Below the pieces are notes generated by a model. It saw only the letters and a list, made by a program, of their open reading frames with translations. It had not been told where the DNA came from and did not search any database. From contig OZ024742.1 of NCBI GenBank assembly GCA_964016885.1, forward strand, positions 248,682,001 to 248,746,000: a stretch of DNA of 64,000 nucleotides, in the 5' to 3' direction. Origin of the DNA: Eledone cirrhosa (lineage: Eukaryota). Position numbers and translations under genes: made by a program. Positions within the stretch are counted from its first letter, which is position 1, and every line of letters starts with the position of its first letter. Shown piece by piece: positions 1 through 15,197 of the stretch.

Positions 1-299
1 TCGTGTAAAAAAATAGATAGATAGATAGATAGCTATACACATACATAATATATACATGCATACACACATATATACATACACACACATACATACATATATA
101 TATATACATATACATGTGTGTGTGTGTATATATATATAATATATATATATATTCACACGTGTTGCACATTCTCATGTGCACAAGAATAACGATCTTTTAT
201 TTATACCAATGAATGATTTTTAACCATTCAACAAGATGCCATTCTTACTGCAAGAAACAGTACTGCAGAGTTTTTTCCAGCAATACAATCAAACCTTGA

Positions 300-354
<55 letters not shown>

Positions 355-356
<2 letters not shown>

Positions 357-558
357 ACGAAGGAAATGTGGTAAGGAACCAGATGGACCATAACGCACCA
401 AAGTACTCAATACTTAGGGTAGTAGAGTGGGTAATAGGAACGAGTAGGAACCCGACGGCTGAGCTCAAGCCGTCTGGACGGCTAATACCGGACTAGAATT
501 AGTCCAGAATTAACCGTCGAAACGGCTTGAGCTCAGCCGTCGGGATCCTACTCGTTCC

Positions 559-560
<2 letters not shown>
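355..560. repeat. Fold-back copy of a PLE 3'-end repeat family (near-perfect palindrome 435-560)
   Basis: TAGGAACGAGTAGGAACCCGACGGCTGAGCTCAAGCCG...CGGCTTGAGCTCAGCCGTCGGGATCCTACTCGTTCCTA, flanked by (TA)n. Related copies at about 5078-5120, 9150-9349, 22880-22947, 23961-24159 and 63950-64000. Confidence 0.8.
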
Positions 561-597
<37 letters not shown>

Positions 598-635
598 GAA
601 TTATAAGAATCAAAGAACTGTTCAAAACATTTTTA

Positions 636-682
636 TACTTACAACTGTTTCCTCCAAACCGAGGTTTGGATTCTTTGGAGCA
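636..682 (-). ncRNA. Degenerate hammerhead-like motif (core mutated)
   Basis: Minus strand reads TGCT CCAAAGA A TCCAAAC CTCG GTTTGGA G GAAA CA GT TG TA AGTA. Stem II, GAAA and the GUA site are intact, but CUGANGA reads CCAAAGA. Confidence 0.35.
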
Positions 683-710
683 ATTTATTATTGAATCAAC
701 ACTTATATGA

Positions 711-759
711 AAACCATTGCTAAATAAACCAATTCAAAAGTTTGAGAATATCTAAGAAT

Positions 760-799
<40 letters not shown>

Positions 800-849
800 A
801 TTCTTAGATATTCTCAAACTTTTGATTGGTTTATTTAGCAATTATTTTC
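711..849. repeat. Inverted repeat centred on a (TA)n tract
   Basis: TTGCTAAATAAACCAATTCAAAAGTTTGAGAATATCTAAGAATCAA-(TA)n-TTGATTCTTAGATATTCTCAAACTTTTGATTGGTTTATTTAGCAA. Confidence 0.9.
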
Positions 850-1219
850 ACACTAAACAGTGAAAAGCATTAGAATTACAGGGAGTTGAAACAGTTCAAC
901 ATATTAATTCCTTACAGACGAAATTTAATAATGAAGGCAAACTGAGGTTTGTCTGAAACGTATGTGGTAACACATGGTCTACGACAAGGTATAGCGTTGA
1001 GTCCACAGTTATTTTTAGGAATGAACCGATCGTATGCAAATTCGTTCATTGCCGATTACTGATAAAATGGCCACTGTCGTTTAGTCTACCAAAATATTTC
1101 TCCGAATTAATTATGTTTTTTAATATAAATAATTGTATTACATTTCATTGTTTGTAATATATATCTTCATAATTAGTTACCATTATATAACTGTTATATA
1201 ATGGATTGGGCGGTGGATT

Positions 1220-1412
1220 GGCGGTGGATTGGCCGTAGCGGTAGAGGGTCGTACGCCATGTTTGCAGCAAAGAGATACGGCCATTTATGGTCTCAGTTCA
1301 AATCCCGCCGAGGTTAACTTTGCCTTTCATCCTTACGGTGTCGATAAAATAAAGTACCAGTAATGCACTGCGATAATTGCTGGCCTTGTGCCAAAAGTAG
1401 AAAGAATTATTT
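1220..1412 (+). mobile_element. tRNA-derived Meta-domain SINE
   Basis: B-box GTTCAAATCCC, then CTTTGCCTTTCATCCTTACGGTGTCGATAAAATAAAGTACCAG and the tail GCTGGCCTTGTGCCAAAAGTAGAAA. Many copies in the window. Confidence 0.8.
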
Positions 1413-1914
1413 ATAATTTCTTTTGTTTGATCATTAAATTGAATCATTCTTTTGTAATTTAAGATAACAGGAATCAGTATTCCTGGGAAATGTTCTATAC
1501 ATTTACATAAATATGTAATCGGAATATGTATAAATATAAAATTATTTCATTAAAACAATAATTAAACACATATAGATATAGTCTAAGAAGATCTCTCTCC
1601 TATTAGTGGACGGTCACAAATAATTCCCACTTGTGTAGATTCGTGTGTTTGAACACTAGGGACATTGGTTGGAAAGAATATGAGTATGTTTCTAATGTAT
1701 TCCCATATATTGCAAAGTATTTCCGATAGTTATCAACTTGGCTTAGTTGTTCTTATATTTATTATTTAAGTCGATTGATTGACAAGAAAAGCCGATAGCT
1801 AATAATCGGCAAAATGCCCGATATCGCTAATATGACCGATACTAAGGTGCTACATTAGATATTTTACATGAATTCTGAAAGAAAGATCAATATTGACATT
1901 CAGAAATTTTGCAG

Positions 1915-2084
1915 ATTATAACATATATCAAAACAAATTAGGATATTTGCATATATCCACCATGTATGGAAACCTATCTATATTGACGTTTTGGATATTC
2001 GTGTGCGTAGTGATGGCAGGTATTGTCACCTGTCTGTCCATTCATTTACACAGGAAACAAAAGGGAAAATCGTATTCAATATAA
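1915..2084 (+). CDS. Candidate terminal exon of a single-pass membrane protein
   Basis: Acceptor TTTTGCAG ends at 1914 with TTGAC upstream. The reading (D)YNIYQNKLGYLHISTMYGNLSILTFWIFVCVVMAGIVTCLSIHLHRKQKGKSYSI* has a hydrophobic helix followed by a basic stop-transfer. Non-repetitive sequence; no upstream exon identified. Confidence 0.35.
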
Positions 2085-2259
2085 AATATCTACCGTAGCT
2101 CTAAGTTATTATTTTGTAATAGCAACGAATGCTACAATGATATAAGACACTCACACAACCACACGTACATATGTATATAAATATATATACATATGTTTGT
2201 ATGTATATATGTATGTATATGTATGTTCTTCTGGGTTCATAATTTTATGAAGTTTTAAC

Positions 2260-2880
2260 GATAGAGATAGAGGCAGATTGTAATATAGACACAAGACTAA
2301 TTGAAATTTAGACATCAACTAAATAGATTTGTATCCATGTCTACATGCATGCGTGTGTGCAGGTATGGAGGATATTGTATGTGTAGATGTGGATGTTTTG
2401 AATTGTATGTCTGCATGTGCATATGTTTTGTATCTGTACATATGTACATGCATTTATTACTTGCAGAATATCTGGAATGTTTTACATACGTTTACTAACT
2501 AGTCGTGTTCTTTCTGGTTCTGTGAAGCAAGGTTTTTCAAGATGTGTACTATGGCTGTTACTAACATTTCCAATGCCTCAATAATCACAGGTATAAATCA
2601 AGGCAGAGTATCTGCAGATTCCTCATTAGTTCTGCATAGATATTCTCCTTTTCGCTAATCTTTCATATTATATTGGCATCTGCTGGGTAGCTGACTTCCA
2701 CTACTATCCATGTCTTCTTTTTCCTGACCCATTTCATTATATTTGGTCCGTGATGCTTGCAATTTATTTCAGTTTTGACTGTAACATTCTACAGTATTTT
2801 TTCATATTATGTATGTGTATGGCTTCCACATTGCCGTATTCTTTTTTAGTATGTTTATTATCGGAGCTATCTTTTCCAAG
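2260..2880 (-). mobile_element. Decayed R4/Dong-like non-LTR retrotransposon 3' part (restriction-like endonuclease plus 3' UTR)
   Basis: Minus strand translates CKHHGPNIMKWVRKKKTWIVVEVSYPADANII*KISEKENIYAELMRNLQILCLD/FIPVIIEAL. This matches the HNRPDI..VEV.CP.D..K..EK..Y..L..IPVIIGALG RLE pattern. Confidence 0.7.
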
Positions 2881-3192
2881 ACTTTAGCAAGGACAAACCA
2901 ATGTAATTGAAAGCCAGCATGCAAGAGTTTCAACGAAAAAACAATTTCACTTAATAAAAAATGTATGACGATCCAAATGATCCAAACTTGAAAAAGCTGA
3001 CTTTGCTAACATCAGTTTTTATATACACACTAGATACACCCGCGTTAGTGTGTACGCTTTAAATGACGGATAATTTGGTGCAAAATTACCATTTCACAGG
3101 GCTCGGTGATAGTGTATTGATTAAGTTGTGAAATGTCACCTTTTTTGTTGAGTTATTGTATATGTACAGACACACACACACACACACGGACA

Positions 3193-3282
<90 letters not shown>

Positions 3283-3363
3283 ATATATATATATATGAGT
3301 GTCAGAAGATCCATCCCGTTAAGGGTGAAAGCAGCGATTCTTTGCTTAAACTTTAATCTATTA

Positions 3364-3483
<120 letters not shown>

Positions 3484-3885
3484 AGGAGAGAGAAAGAGAG
3501 ATATATGAGAGGGATATTCTGATTAAAATTACATATCGTATACTATTGCTATGGAAAAAATATACATAATATATAATATATTTTTATAATGTCATGTATG
3601 GGCATATATACATATATAGTTCTTTGTGTAGGTACTATATACACACAAATAGTTTTGTGTTTGGTTTTGGGAGTATGTATACACTCATCCGTTTCTGGTT
3701 TACATGCTAAATTAAATTACATATATGCACGAAAATTACATTTACGCACTGATATCTGTATGTATGTTTATATATATGAATATGTGCGCATGTGTATGTA
3801 TTTATTTGTTTCTGCAGCTATAAATCCATATTTATACAGATGTAACTTCATCACACACACACATAGTCATGTTGAGGTAGAGAGT

Positions 3886-3981
<96 letters not shown>

Positions 3982-4210
3982 TATTTATATATACATACAT
4001 TATATATATATATATAAATATAATGTATGTATATATAAATATATATGTATATATATATATATATATACATATATTTGTTTAATATTTTATATATATATAT
4101 ATATAAATATATATATATACATATATATCTTCCACTGTCTATCTCAACATGACTATATATATATATTTGTATATATATATAAAGAGAGAGAGTGAGAGAG
4201 TGATAGAGAA

Positions 4211-4301
<91 letters not shown>

Positions 4302-4981
4302 GAGAGAGAGAGATGGATAGATAGATAGAGGTTTAATCTGAGAGAAACATATAATTGTAAAGTTTACACAGATGATTGGCTTCAATTAATTCCTGGGATA
4401 TTGCCAAATTGTAATGTCTCCCTCTCCTAGAGTATGTTATCACTCTCCGTGGTTTTATCTAGTGTGGAATAGAGTGATTGATAAGTTAACACTCTTCATA
4501 TTGTACTGATGTACACAAAGTGAATATAGTGTCATTGGGAGAGGGGTGGATACAGAGACATGTAAAGAAATGTGTTAATATAAGAGCGTAATAGCGATTG
4601 ATAGGGAGGGGTAGAAAGAAAGAAAGAGATGTAATGCGATACAAGACAGGGGGAAGTAGAGAGCAATATGAATAAGGGGTTGAGAAGGAAGTTAGTGGAG
4701 ATTGATACTTCATTTGAATTATATATATACTAGCATAATACTCATGAAAATAACGAGGTTTTTCATAAAATATATTTTTTACAATAATTTCTACCATTCA
4801 ATCCTCGATTTTACTGGGACCTCTGCATTCAGTGCCTCTTCATTCGTCTTAAATCGTTTTACATTAATTAAAATCAATTACAGCAATTTTCGTTCGACAT
4901 TTCTTAAACCATTACCGAGCATCTATACTCTAAATTTCGATGACTTTGTTATATCTATATATCTATGTATCACTCTCTCAC

Positions 4982-5080
<99 letters not shown>

Positions 5081-5118
5081 CAAAGAAATTGTGGTAAGGA
5101 ACCAGGTGGACCATAACG

Positions 5119-5178
<60 letters not shown>

Positions 5179-5444
5179 AATATATATATATACATATATA
5201 TTCATTTTATTAAGATTAAATAGTGAGTCTGTCATACAAACATACAGACAAATGTGAGGTGCATGTCCTAGATACAGTTATTCACGTTTACCCCATTATG
5301 TGATCATATACCCAATTTTGCCTCAGCTATTGTAGTGATAATTTGTGCTACGTAATTTGTGTCTTAGTAAAACTTTCCACGCTTAATATATATGTCTCTT
5401 TATATATATATATATGAATACATACATACGAACATACACAACTA

Positions 5445-5700
5445 GTTAGGAAATTACAATTAAAGGAACAGTAAAAATATGTAAAACATTCAAAACATTC
5501 TGCATCTACACATGTACAGATACAAATCATATGCATATGCACACCTACAAGTCAAAACATACACATCCCCACATTCAATAATATCCGTACCTGTACACAC
5601 ATACATGCATGCAGACATGCAGACATATCTACCTAGCTGATGTTGTGTAAATTCCAATGACAGAGTCTTGTATCTATGTTAGAAACCGACTCTCTCTCTT
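5445..5700 (+). mobile_element. 3' end of the same R4/Dong-like family
   Basis: RKLQLKGTVKICKTFKTF-like C-terminus (with a frameshift), and a 3' UTR that is an inverted, diverged match to 2260-2500. Confidence 0.55.
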
Positions 5701-5717
5701 TTGGCAAACATTTGTGA

Positions 5718-5832
<115 letters not shown>

Positions 5833-6127
5833 TCCCTCCACCCCCCCACACACACATATATATATATATATACAAGCAAATTATAAACGTAAAGATGTAA
5901 GTATGTTTTTGAAACGGTGCGCCAGTTTGAAATTAGAAATTAGAAATTATAAGCTTTCACCGTATTTTAGACTAAAGAAATTTCTACCCTCATAGTGGGG
6001 TTTATAACCCTCGGAGAAATGGAAAAAGATGAGTGTTGCCGTACATGTATATATATACATATTCAAAAAGAACTCAAAACGTTAAGTTTTAGTTTTGAAT
6101 ATGTCACTATCTGTAAAACAAGTTTTG

Positions 6128-6189
6128 TATTGTATCTGATGAGGGCGTACCAAAAATGTTGGTACCCTTGAAATATATATAATAAAATA
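6128..6189 (+). ncRNA. Minimal type I hammerhead ribozyme
   Basis: TATTGTAT CTGATGA GGGCGTACCA aaaatgt TGGTACCCTT GAAA TATATA TA ATAAAATA, with palindromic stem III. A degenerate paralog (CTTATGA) lies at about 24889-24952. Confidence 0.65.
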
Positions 6190-6227
6190 AATATGGTTTT
6201 ATAAAGATAGTTTATTTATTAATATTA

Positions 6228-6293
<66 letters not shown>

Positions 6294-6608
6294 GAAGGTT
6301 TAGCAAATAAGAAAAAGTTTTAAAATAAATTAAAAAAAATTCACTGTACCTGTTAAAAAATAAATGGATAGTCTTTACGAGCCTCCATTGAAAAGAAAGA
6401 CTCTCGTCAGAAGATTCTTTTCACTCGGAGAATATAAAATTCCCAAGTTAGAATTACGAACTGGCGCTATTCAAAATTGTTCCCGAGATGAGGATGAATG
6501 AAGTAGAAGCAACTCTGTCCAGTGCCGTGTGCAAAGATAGAAGGCAGAGGCTGAAAGGTCAAACACAACCACTAGAAATAGTAGCAGTCAAAACGACCAA
6601 ATGTTATC

Positions 6609-6690
<82 letters not shown>

Positions 6691-7380
6691 CACTATAAAG
6701 TATGTCCATAGAATCATTTGATAATATATATACACCATTTCCTCTCCCAATTAGCATAATCAACCACACAAAAAATCAATTAAACCAGGCTATAAGATTA
6801 AAAGGTACCTATGAAGAAATAGTAGATAAATAAACGACACCCATCTATTCGCGATAAACCGCTATAGAATATTTACCCAACATTTCAATAGCACGTGGAA
6901 ATCGATTAAATATACCGTCAACCATACACAAATAGGTATAAAATTAAAGTTAGAAGAAAAAATGCATATACACATACACTATAGGGTTTCGTTCGCTTTC
7001 GGAAATATCATATCAAGGATAAATTCTCGAGCTTCGAACTCATCAGGAAACAAACTCACTTGGACAAAGATTTTTCTTAAATGATCCCCGCCAGAAACGA
7101 ATTCAAAATGGCTAAGAACTGTGACGTGGCAGTAGTCAAGTCAGAAAGAATGTGATTGGTGCCTTACGGCGAGTGTGTTGGTTGCTAGAAAGCGCAGCCC
7201 AATATTGCCTAAATTGCATCTCAACCTTATGGGAGATTATTATATACATGGATATATATATATATATATATTAATATAGATGAGATTCTACAGAATCTCA
7301 TCTATATTAAGACTTTTATACTCTGCAATGTATTGAGTACCTTACTTACTGTGGTTACCTCCGATTCAACCCGGAATAAC

Positions 7381-7496
<116 letters not shown>

Positions 7497-7500
7497 ATAT

Positions 7501-7600
<100 letters not shown>

Positions 7601-8173
7601 TATATACAGAGAGAGAGAGTGAGAGACAGAGATAGGAGGGTAGATTTAACTCAACAAAAGAGAGGAAATGTAGGAGCGTGAGTCACTGGTGATATTGTAA
7701 TATTTGCAATAAGTAAAACTCTGAAATTTGCCTTCATTTTCTAAACATGCTTGATTCAGCTCCTTCGTGTAGACGGTAACATGTTCTCAGACATCCCTGA
7801 GCTCAGTGGTGAGAACACATAGCTAGTATCGGAGAGTTAAGAATTTTGAAATCATGTGGTGGCCGCTGTCAAAATAGATTCCGTCTCTAACGGTAGTCAG
7901 TCGATTTTTATAACCTATATTTTAAGTAACTCACTGTGATTACAGTTATTTTCTGGACTTGAGCAACACGCATCTTCTATGACTGTATTATCTCAGCATT
8001 TATTAAGTTCGACAATTCACACACAATGACTTACACACAGGCACAAACACAAACACACACACACACACACAAATATATATATATATATTCCGTCGGAAAG
8101 GTCCTGGAAAAAAGAGTGCTCTATGTAGGTTACAGAGCTTATTAGTTATGTAATAAACAACATAAGGTAATTA

Positions 8174-8233
8174 TTTCATTTACCATTGGTTTCTTGAAAG
8201 CAAACAAATTTGCTTTCAGTCATCAGAATGAAA
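8174..8233 (-). ncRNA. Type I hammerhead ribozyme
   Basis: TTTCATT CTGATGA C TGAAAGCAAA tttg TTTGCTTTCA A GAAA CCA a TGG TA AATGAAA: 7-bp stem I, 10-bp stem II, GUA cleavage triplet. Confidence 0.8.
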
Positions 8234-8281
8234 AAATCCTGGTGTACACCAGGATTTTTTCATTCTGATCACTTAAAGCAA

Positions 8282-8427
<146 letters not shown>

Positions 8428-8635
8428 CATTTCTGAATTTGTTTAGCAAGATTCTTTATCTGAAAACGTGTGTTGAAACCGTTATTGTTATACTTTGGGA
8501 GGGTCATGTTGCAAATAAGAAACACATGCACCAGCTGCTTTCACTTCAATTTATTATAATAAATTTATAAATTTAGGAATTAATAAATTTCCGCTTGGTT
8601 GGTTGGTTCCACAACCAGGTGGTTGTATATATATT

Positions 8636-8678
8636 GTCAAAGTTCTTTCGTCACACATTCTGTGACCTCTTCAGTGAC
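8636..8678 (-). ncRNA. Minimal hammerhead-like motif
   Basis: GTCA CTGAAGA G GTCACA gaatg TGTGAC GAAA GAAC TT TGAC. A related copy lies at about 9842-9883 (-). Confidence 0.55.
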
Positions 8679-8799
8679 TGGGGATTCTTTTCTTTGTTTT
8701 TGTGCCTCTCCTTTGTTCTGTCCTACGCCATCTTGTGTCAGAAACAAGATGGCGTAGGACAGTACAAAGTGAGGCATAAAACAATGAAAAGAAGCCCCA

Positions 8800-8842
8800 G
8801 TCACTGAAGAGGTCACATAATGTGTGACGAAAGAACTTTGAA
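8800..8842 (+). ncRNA. Minimal hammerhead-like motif (mirror copy)
   Basis: GTCA CTGAAGA G GTCACA taatg TGTGAC GAAA GAAC TT TGAA. Confidence 0.5.
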
Positions 8843-8989
8843 AATATATAAACAACCATCTGGTTGTGGAACCAACCAACCAACCGGAAATTTATAAATT
8901 CCTAAATTTATAAATTTATTATAATAAATTGAAAGGAAAAGCAACTGGTGCGTGTGTTTCTTATTTGCAACATTACCCTCCCAAAGTAT

Positions 8990-9136
<147 letters not shown>

Positions 9137-9343
9137 CAATATATAATCAAAATGGATGCAGTAAAAAACAGATGGACCATTGCTCAGCAATTTACTCGAT
9201 ACTTGGTGTAGTAGAGTGAAATAATATTATGAAAGAGTCGGGATCCCGACGGCTGAGCTATTGCCGTTTCAACAGCTACCTCCAGACTGAGTTTGGAACT
9301 AACTGTTTAAACGGCAACAGCTCAGCCGTTGTGGTCCAGACTC

Positions 9344-9416
<73 letters not shown>

Positions 9417-9620
9417 GGTGTGTGTCTGTGTGTGTGTGTCTGTATACACCAGTAGCTAACACTCAGAGAGAAGCGTAGCCTCTGTAGCGAAATATCAGTT
9501 ATAGTCACTCACACATATATACTAGAGGAAATTCTCATAACAAAACAAACGAGCAGACAGAAATTGCCGAATACGTATAATATCGTAACACATTGTATGT
9601 AGTGTTTTTATATACATGCA

Positions 9621-9730
<110 letters not shown>

Positions 9731-10007
9731 ATACTTTGGGAGGATCATGTTGCCAATAAGAAACACACGCAGCAGATGCTTTCAATTTATAAATTTCCGG
9801 TTTGTTGGTTGGTTCCACAACCAGATGATTGTTTATATATTGTCAAAGTTTTTCATCACACATTCTGTGACCTCTTCAGTGACTGGGGATTCTTTTCTTT
9901 GTTTTGGGGCCTCTCCTTTGTTCTGTCCTACGACCCTCCCAAAGTATAACAATATCGGTTTCAACACACGTTTTCAGATAAAGAATCTTGCTAAACAAAT
10001 TCAGAAA

Positions 10008-10057
<50 letters not shown>

Positions 10058-10596
10058 CACCCACACACATATATATATATATATATATTATATGCATACA
10101 TATGTGTGTATGTGTCTGTGGGTGTAAGTATATATTCTGTCCCTAATGTGAATTTCTGTCATCTACCTTACACAAATGAATCTAGTTATAGCTTCTAGCC
10201 AGCCAACACAAGAAGGCTGAAACCGCGCTAGTTTCCTCTCAATGTTATTAAAATATATATTCAACGCATCAGTTACGTTGATATTAATGTCGGTTACGTC
10301 AGCAGCCATTTTAGCCGATTATGATAGAATTTCCAACGGAAGGTCTCACTGAAATTTTCCCATTTGTTTCTTCCTTTCGAGATTTCTATCCGCCTTATAT
10401 GACTTCGAGGAAATCTATTTTGTCGGAATTCTATCAATCCAATAATTCGTTCATACGTTAACAGCACCAAGAATGGTCACAACACCAACAGCAAGTGGAT
10501 CGAAAATAACCAAAATATAATGAAATAAACAAGAATTTGAATCCAACACATAACTGAAAATATTCCCTTAAATGAAGAGCACACACAAGAACTCAT

Positions 10597-10665
<69 letters not shown>

Positions 10666-10829
10666 ACACACCACATACACACACATACACATATATATAT
10701 ATATATGTATAGGATTTCGCTTCAACCATAGCTTTATACAATATCTCAAAGGAAATACGGTTTTAGGAACCCGTATCTATACAAACACTGGGGGGCTAAC
10801 GCCTTCTGGTGATGTCCAGCAGAAGCAAG

Positions 10830-10876
<47 letters not shown>

Positions 10877-11543
10877 TGATCGAGTATCGAAAAATCGGCG
10901 CACGAGTTCACGATAAACAAAATTCGAAATGAGCGGCAGAGGGCTCAATAATTCAGATGAATCAGAGCTATAACTATCGTTAAAATACCGTCACACATAG
11001 AACAAGTCTAAAATCAACCATACGATAAAAAAATCGATAATAGAAGATTCGGGACAATCAGATAAAAAATATCAATAAATCAATAAATCAATAATTTAAA
11101 TGAATGTAAAATCATACCCGGACCCGCTAGAAAGGTGTTAAATCTAGCTTCTTGGGTTTCTGTAAATCCTTAGACTGTACTCTATCAGCTCACATATAAA
11201 TATATAAGACTTCTAGAATAAGCGGACTGGAAATTTACTTTTTCAACGAGCTTCGTCCTAGCGGATAAGAGGCTAACTACAAGCAAAATACGCACATGGA
11301 ATCCGGCAAGGGAGATAACCTCTACATCCGCGAAAACTATTCGAGGAAATGTGGAAATACACATATCGAATAAAAGTGCTCAATAGACATGTTAAAATAA
11401 AACAGGAGCTATTCATCACTCAATAGAATCGACAAAAAATGAGCAATAAAATATATATATATAAATAATGAACTTTTTTTGTTTAATACAGGGAACTGTT
11501 TCATTGTTTTATTCATTATTTTTTTAACATTTTATATATATAT

Positions 11544-11618
<75 letters not shown>

Positions 11619-11677
11619 GATATATATGTGTATATATATACGCACGCACACATATATATATACATATATATATATAT

Positions 11678-12080
11678 GGTGGCTGCCAACTCGTTTTCAA
11701 GTACAGCCACTACTTTATATCCATGTAGGAGAACCCCTACCAATGCGCTGAACGAGTGTGACTTTTTAGTCCAGCCAGCGACTTGAAAACTCTGGTACAA
11801 ACACTACACTTGTGACAATTATTGACACATAGTGCTGGGCCCTTGGTACCATGTGACGACAAGTGCAGAGAGATCTCCAGATATAAAGTAATGCCTGTGC
11901 CGTGAAGCTTTTATAGTGAGCAAAGGCACTGCACAAAGCCAGTCCCACACTCTTAACCAAGATGATATTTACCAAAAAGAAGAACAAATCAACATCATTG
12001 GATAGCATCAGGGTTGCAGGTGTTATATCAGGGTTTTCCTTCTCCTAGAATTCTGCCTTGACAAAGGCTAAGGTGTCATC
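11678..12080 (-). mobile_element. 5'-truncated copy of the bipartite RTE-derived non-autonomous element
   Basis: Near-identical to the reverse complement of about 45647-46048; inserted in (TA)n. Confidence 0.85.
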
Positions 12081-12119
12081 ATGTATATATACATACACAC
12101 ATACATATACATGATATAC

Positions 12120-13810
12120 AAGAGATGCATCTTGGAGCGATGACTACTCTTTCAACAAAAGCAGTGAAAGCAGTGAAAGAGCTCAAATGAGGCAAGGCCA
12201 CGGAGAGGGGGGGGGGGGGATTCGCCCCGACATGTTAGAAGCCTTAAATAGAGGAGATATTCTCTCGCTGACTCGCGTGTTATGGATAGACTGGATCACC
12301 CAAGCAATGGCTATCGGGACTGATATTCCTAGTATTAAAAAGGGGAGATAAGAAAGACTGTTAAAGTGAAAGAGCGATCTCCTTGTTAAGCCTCCTAGGT
12401 AAAGTCTATGCTAAGTGTTTGGCAAAGAGATGCAGGGTGATTGACAAATCCAAGGTAGCTGATGAACAATAAGGACTTCTCCCCAGACGCAACACAGCCA
12501 ACCAAATAGTCCCACTGTCGCAGGTATTCAAGAAATCGCCGGACTTTCCAAACATTAAACAGGCATATGACCGTGTTCTTCGGTACCTGAGATGGAAGAT
12601 TCTGCATGCGCATGGGTTCGGTGGTCTGCTTTTTGCTATCCTGATGTCTCTATACGAATGCCCAAGTATTCATGGAAACCATTCAATATGGGACCGGACT
12701 GCGCCTAGGGTGAGTACTATCATGTCTGTTCATTATTTACATGAACAAGACGGGTGATTGGTAGTATCGGTAGAACGCTGGACATATTGCTTTATAGCAG
12801 AGTGTTACAGCCCTTAACTTCCTGAATTCAAATCCTGCCGACGTTAGTTTTGACTAAATTGCCTGCTGGGTCGATAAAATAAAGCAGCAGTTACGCAATG
12901 GGGTCGATTTAATCGATTTTCCCTTCACTTCAAATTTCTGGCCTTGTGCCAAATGTAGAAACAATTATTCACTTGAACAAGATTTACATGTGCAGCCAGG
13001 TTGGAAGTAGTATCATGACTGGCGGGTGTAAAATCAGTTGGCTAGAATTTGCAGACGACATAGTGTTATTTAACTCGACGGAAGGTTTGTTGCCGAAGGC
13101 TGCATGGGTAGAATGAAGATCAGTGTTACGAAAACAAAGACGTTCGTCCTCTCAAGGAATCCTGCACAGTACACTCTACAGGTAAATGGAGTTCCACTGA
13201 AGCAGGTACAATATTTCAAGTATATAGTGACGTTTTCAGGAATGATAGATGGCAGGAGGCTTCATTAAGTGCCAGAATTGCAGGAGCTCTTGCAGCAATG
13301 CGCTAGCTTCAGCATTCAAATGTCAGAAGAATGGAGGTAGGCGTAAAAGCCAAACTCACTCTCTTTAATTTGGTATGTGTGCCAACCCTTACCTATGGTC
13401 ATGAATCTTGGGTAATGACTGAAAGAATGTGATCGCTAATCAAGGGGTCTAAATGGGATTCCTCCTAAGGGTCTATAGAGTAGGATTACTTGAGTGGGGG
13501 TGTAGCTTGGAAATCAGAAATGCATTCCAGGTGACCCCTACTTCTCTGAATTGAGAGGCCACGGCACCGATACTATGGACATGTCGTTAAAATGTCTCAG
13601 GAAAAAATCGTTATACAGATTTTACGGGCAAAGCCAAGCAGGAAGAAACCCAAAGGTAGATGTCAAGCAAAAAGGTTGCATAATATCCATGAGCTTGGTG
13701 GGTCTCGCTTGGCATGCAACCGGACCATTTAGAAACAGTTGCTTCTGACAGGACTCGCTGGAAGGAGTGTTTGAGAATTATGCCCATACGACCTTCTATA
13801 AGCAGTGAAT
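12120..13810 (+). mobile_element. Decayed RTE-clade LINE (RT domain to C-terminus), interrupted by a SINE
   Basis: Fragmentary motifs GKA.G..IRPDML.AL, K.GDKKDC..RAISLLSLLGKVYA, LEFADDIV (about 13042-13065) and PTLTYGHESW (about 13382-13411). Many stops and frameshifts. Confidence 0.8.
12752..12970 (+). mobile_element. Diverged Meta-domain SINE nested in the RTE
   Basis: GAATTCAAATCCTGCCG...GGGTCGATAAAATAAAGCAGCAG...CTGGCCTTGTGCCAAATGTAGAAACAATTATT. Confidence 0.7.
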
Positions 13811-13874
13811 ATGTCTACATTCACAAGGCATTATGCATTGCTCGATGTGTTACTCATAAATTATTTTATTCATG

Positions 13875-13935
<61 letters not shown>

Positions 13936-14677
13936 AAGTGTGGCCGTATATGTGTGTATGCGCATGTGTCCTTGGGTAATTTTTTTATATGCCTAGGCAT
14001 ATGTGTGAATAAATTTAAATAGAAAGACACACAATCGCTTATATATATGAAAAGTGTCTTAAAAAGTCGGATAGTATTGCTTCATCGAAAGATAGAATGA
14101 GATATAAAAAAAGACAGCAGCAGAAGGGGGAGAATGGAAAAAAAAATGTTCGTAGAAAAATCACTCCTGTTCTCTCATCCATTGTTCTATATGCTACAAT
14201 ACTCCGCGTATCGGAATAGGTTACGGTGAACTTACAGTGTATAACAGTGCCCTGTTGCAATTAGAAGGTTGTGAATAGAAGGGAGTCTGAAGTATAAACA
14301 GCACTCACATATTCCTCCGTATAGAGAACAACATAAGACATTATTTTTATATATTTTAGACGTCATTGTGTTCACATCACTGAATACATAGTCCTATGAA
14401 TCTGTGTAGGTGTGAATATTGTTATAGCAAATCGTCCAATTATTACAATATAATGTTCATTCCACAAAGATATTCGATTATGGCTTTCAGAGAATTTACG
14501 CTATGTAGTCTGCACTGTTCACACTTACATACATACATGCACAAACCCACATGACAGACACATGCAGAGAGAGAAACAGATAGACAGAGTAAGAGAGAGA
14601 GAGAGAGAAAGTGAGAGAGAGAAACAGAAACAGGCGGACATAAATATATATATATATATTATCTATATATACAAACG

Positions 14678-14866
14678 GGGGGTGGATTGGCAGTATCGGT
14701 AGAGGGTCGGACGCCATGCTTTCCAGCATAGTTACGTCCCTTTACGATCTGAGTTCAAATCCCGCCGAGGTTGACTTTGCCTTTCATCCTTACGGGGTCG
14801 ATAAAATAAAGTACCAGTAATGAACTGGGTATTTGCTGGCCTTGTGCCTAAAGTAGAAACAATTAT
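14678..14866 (+). mobile_element. Meta-domain SINE
   Basis: GGTGGATTGGCAGTATCGGTAGAG...GAGTTCAAATCCCGCCGAGGTTGACTTTGCCTTTCATCCTTACGGGGTCGATAAAATAAAGTACCAG. Confidence 0.85.
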
Positions 14867-14926
14867 CTATATATACAAAATGTCTGTGTATAATATTTTA
14901 TATAAATATATACATATATATATATG

Positions 14927-14975
<49 letters not shown>

Positions 14976-15134
14976 AGGTGTGTGTGGGGGTGATATGTGA
15001 GTATGTGTGTGTGTGTGTATGTGAACATACATGTATATATAGGAGAGGATGGGAAGTAGGGAGTAATTGTGAGTGGGCTTAATAACGCTACTCATGCTGT
15101 GCTATACCTTTTCCCTTTCGGGTGGCTACGGTGC

Positions 15135-15197
<63 letters not shown>

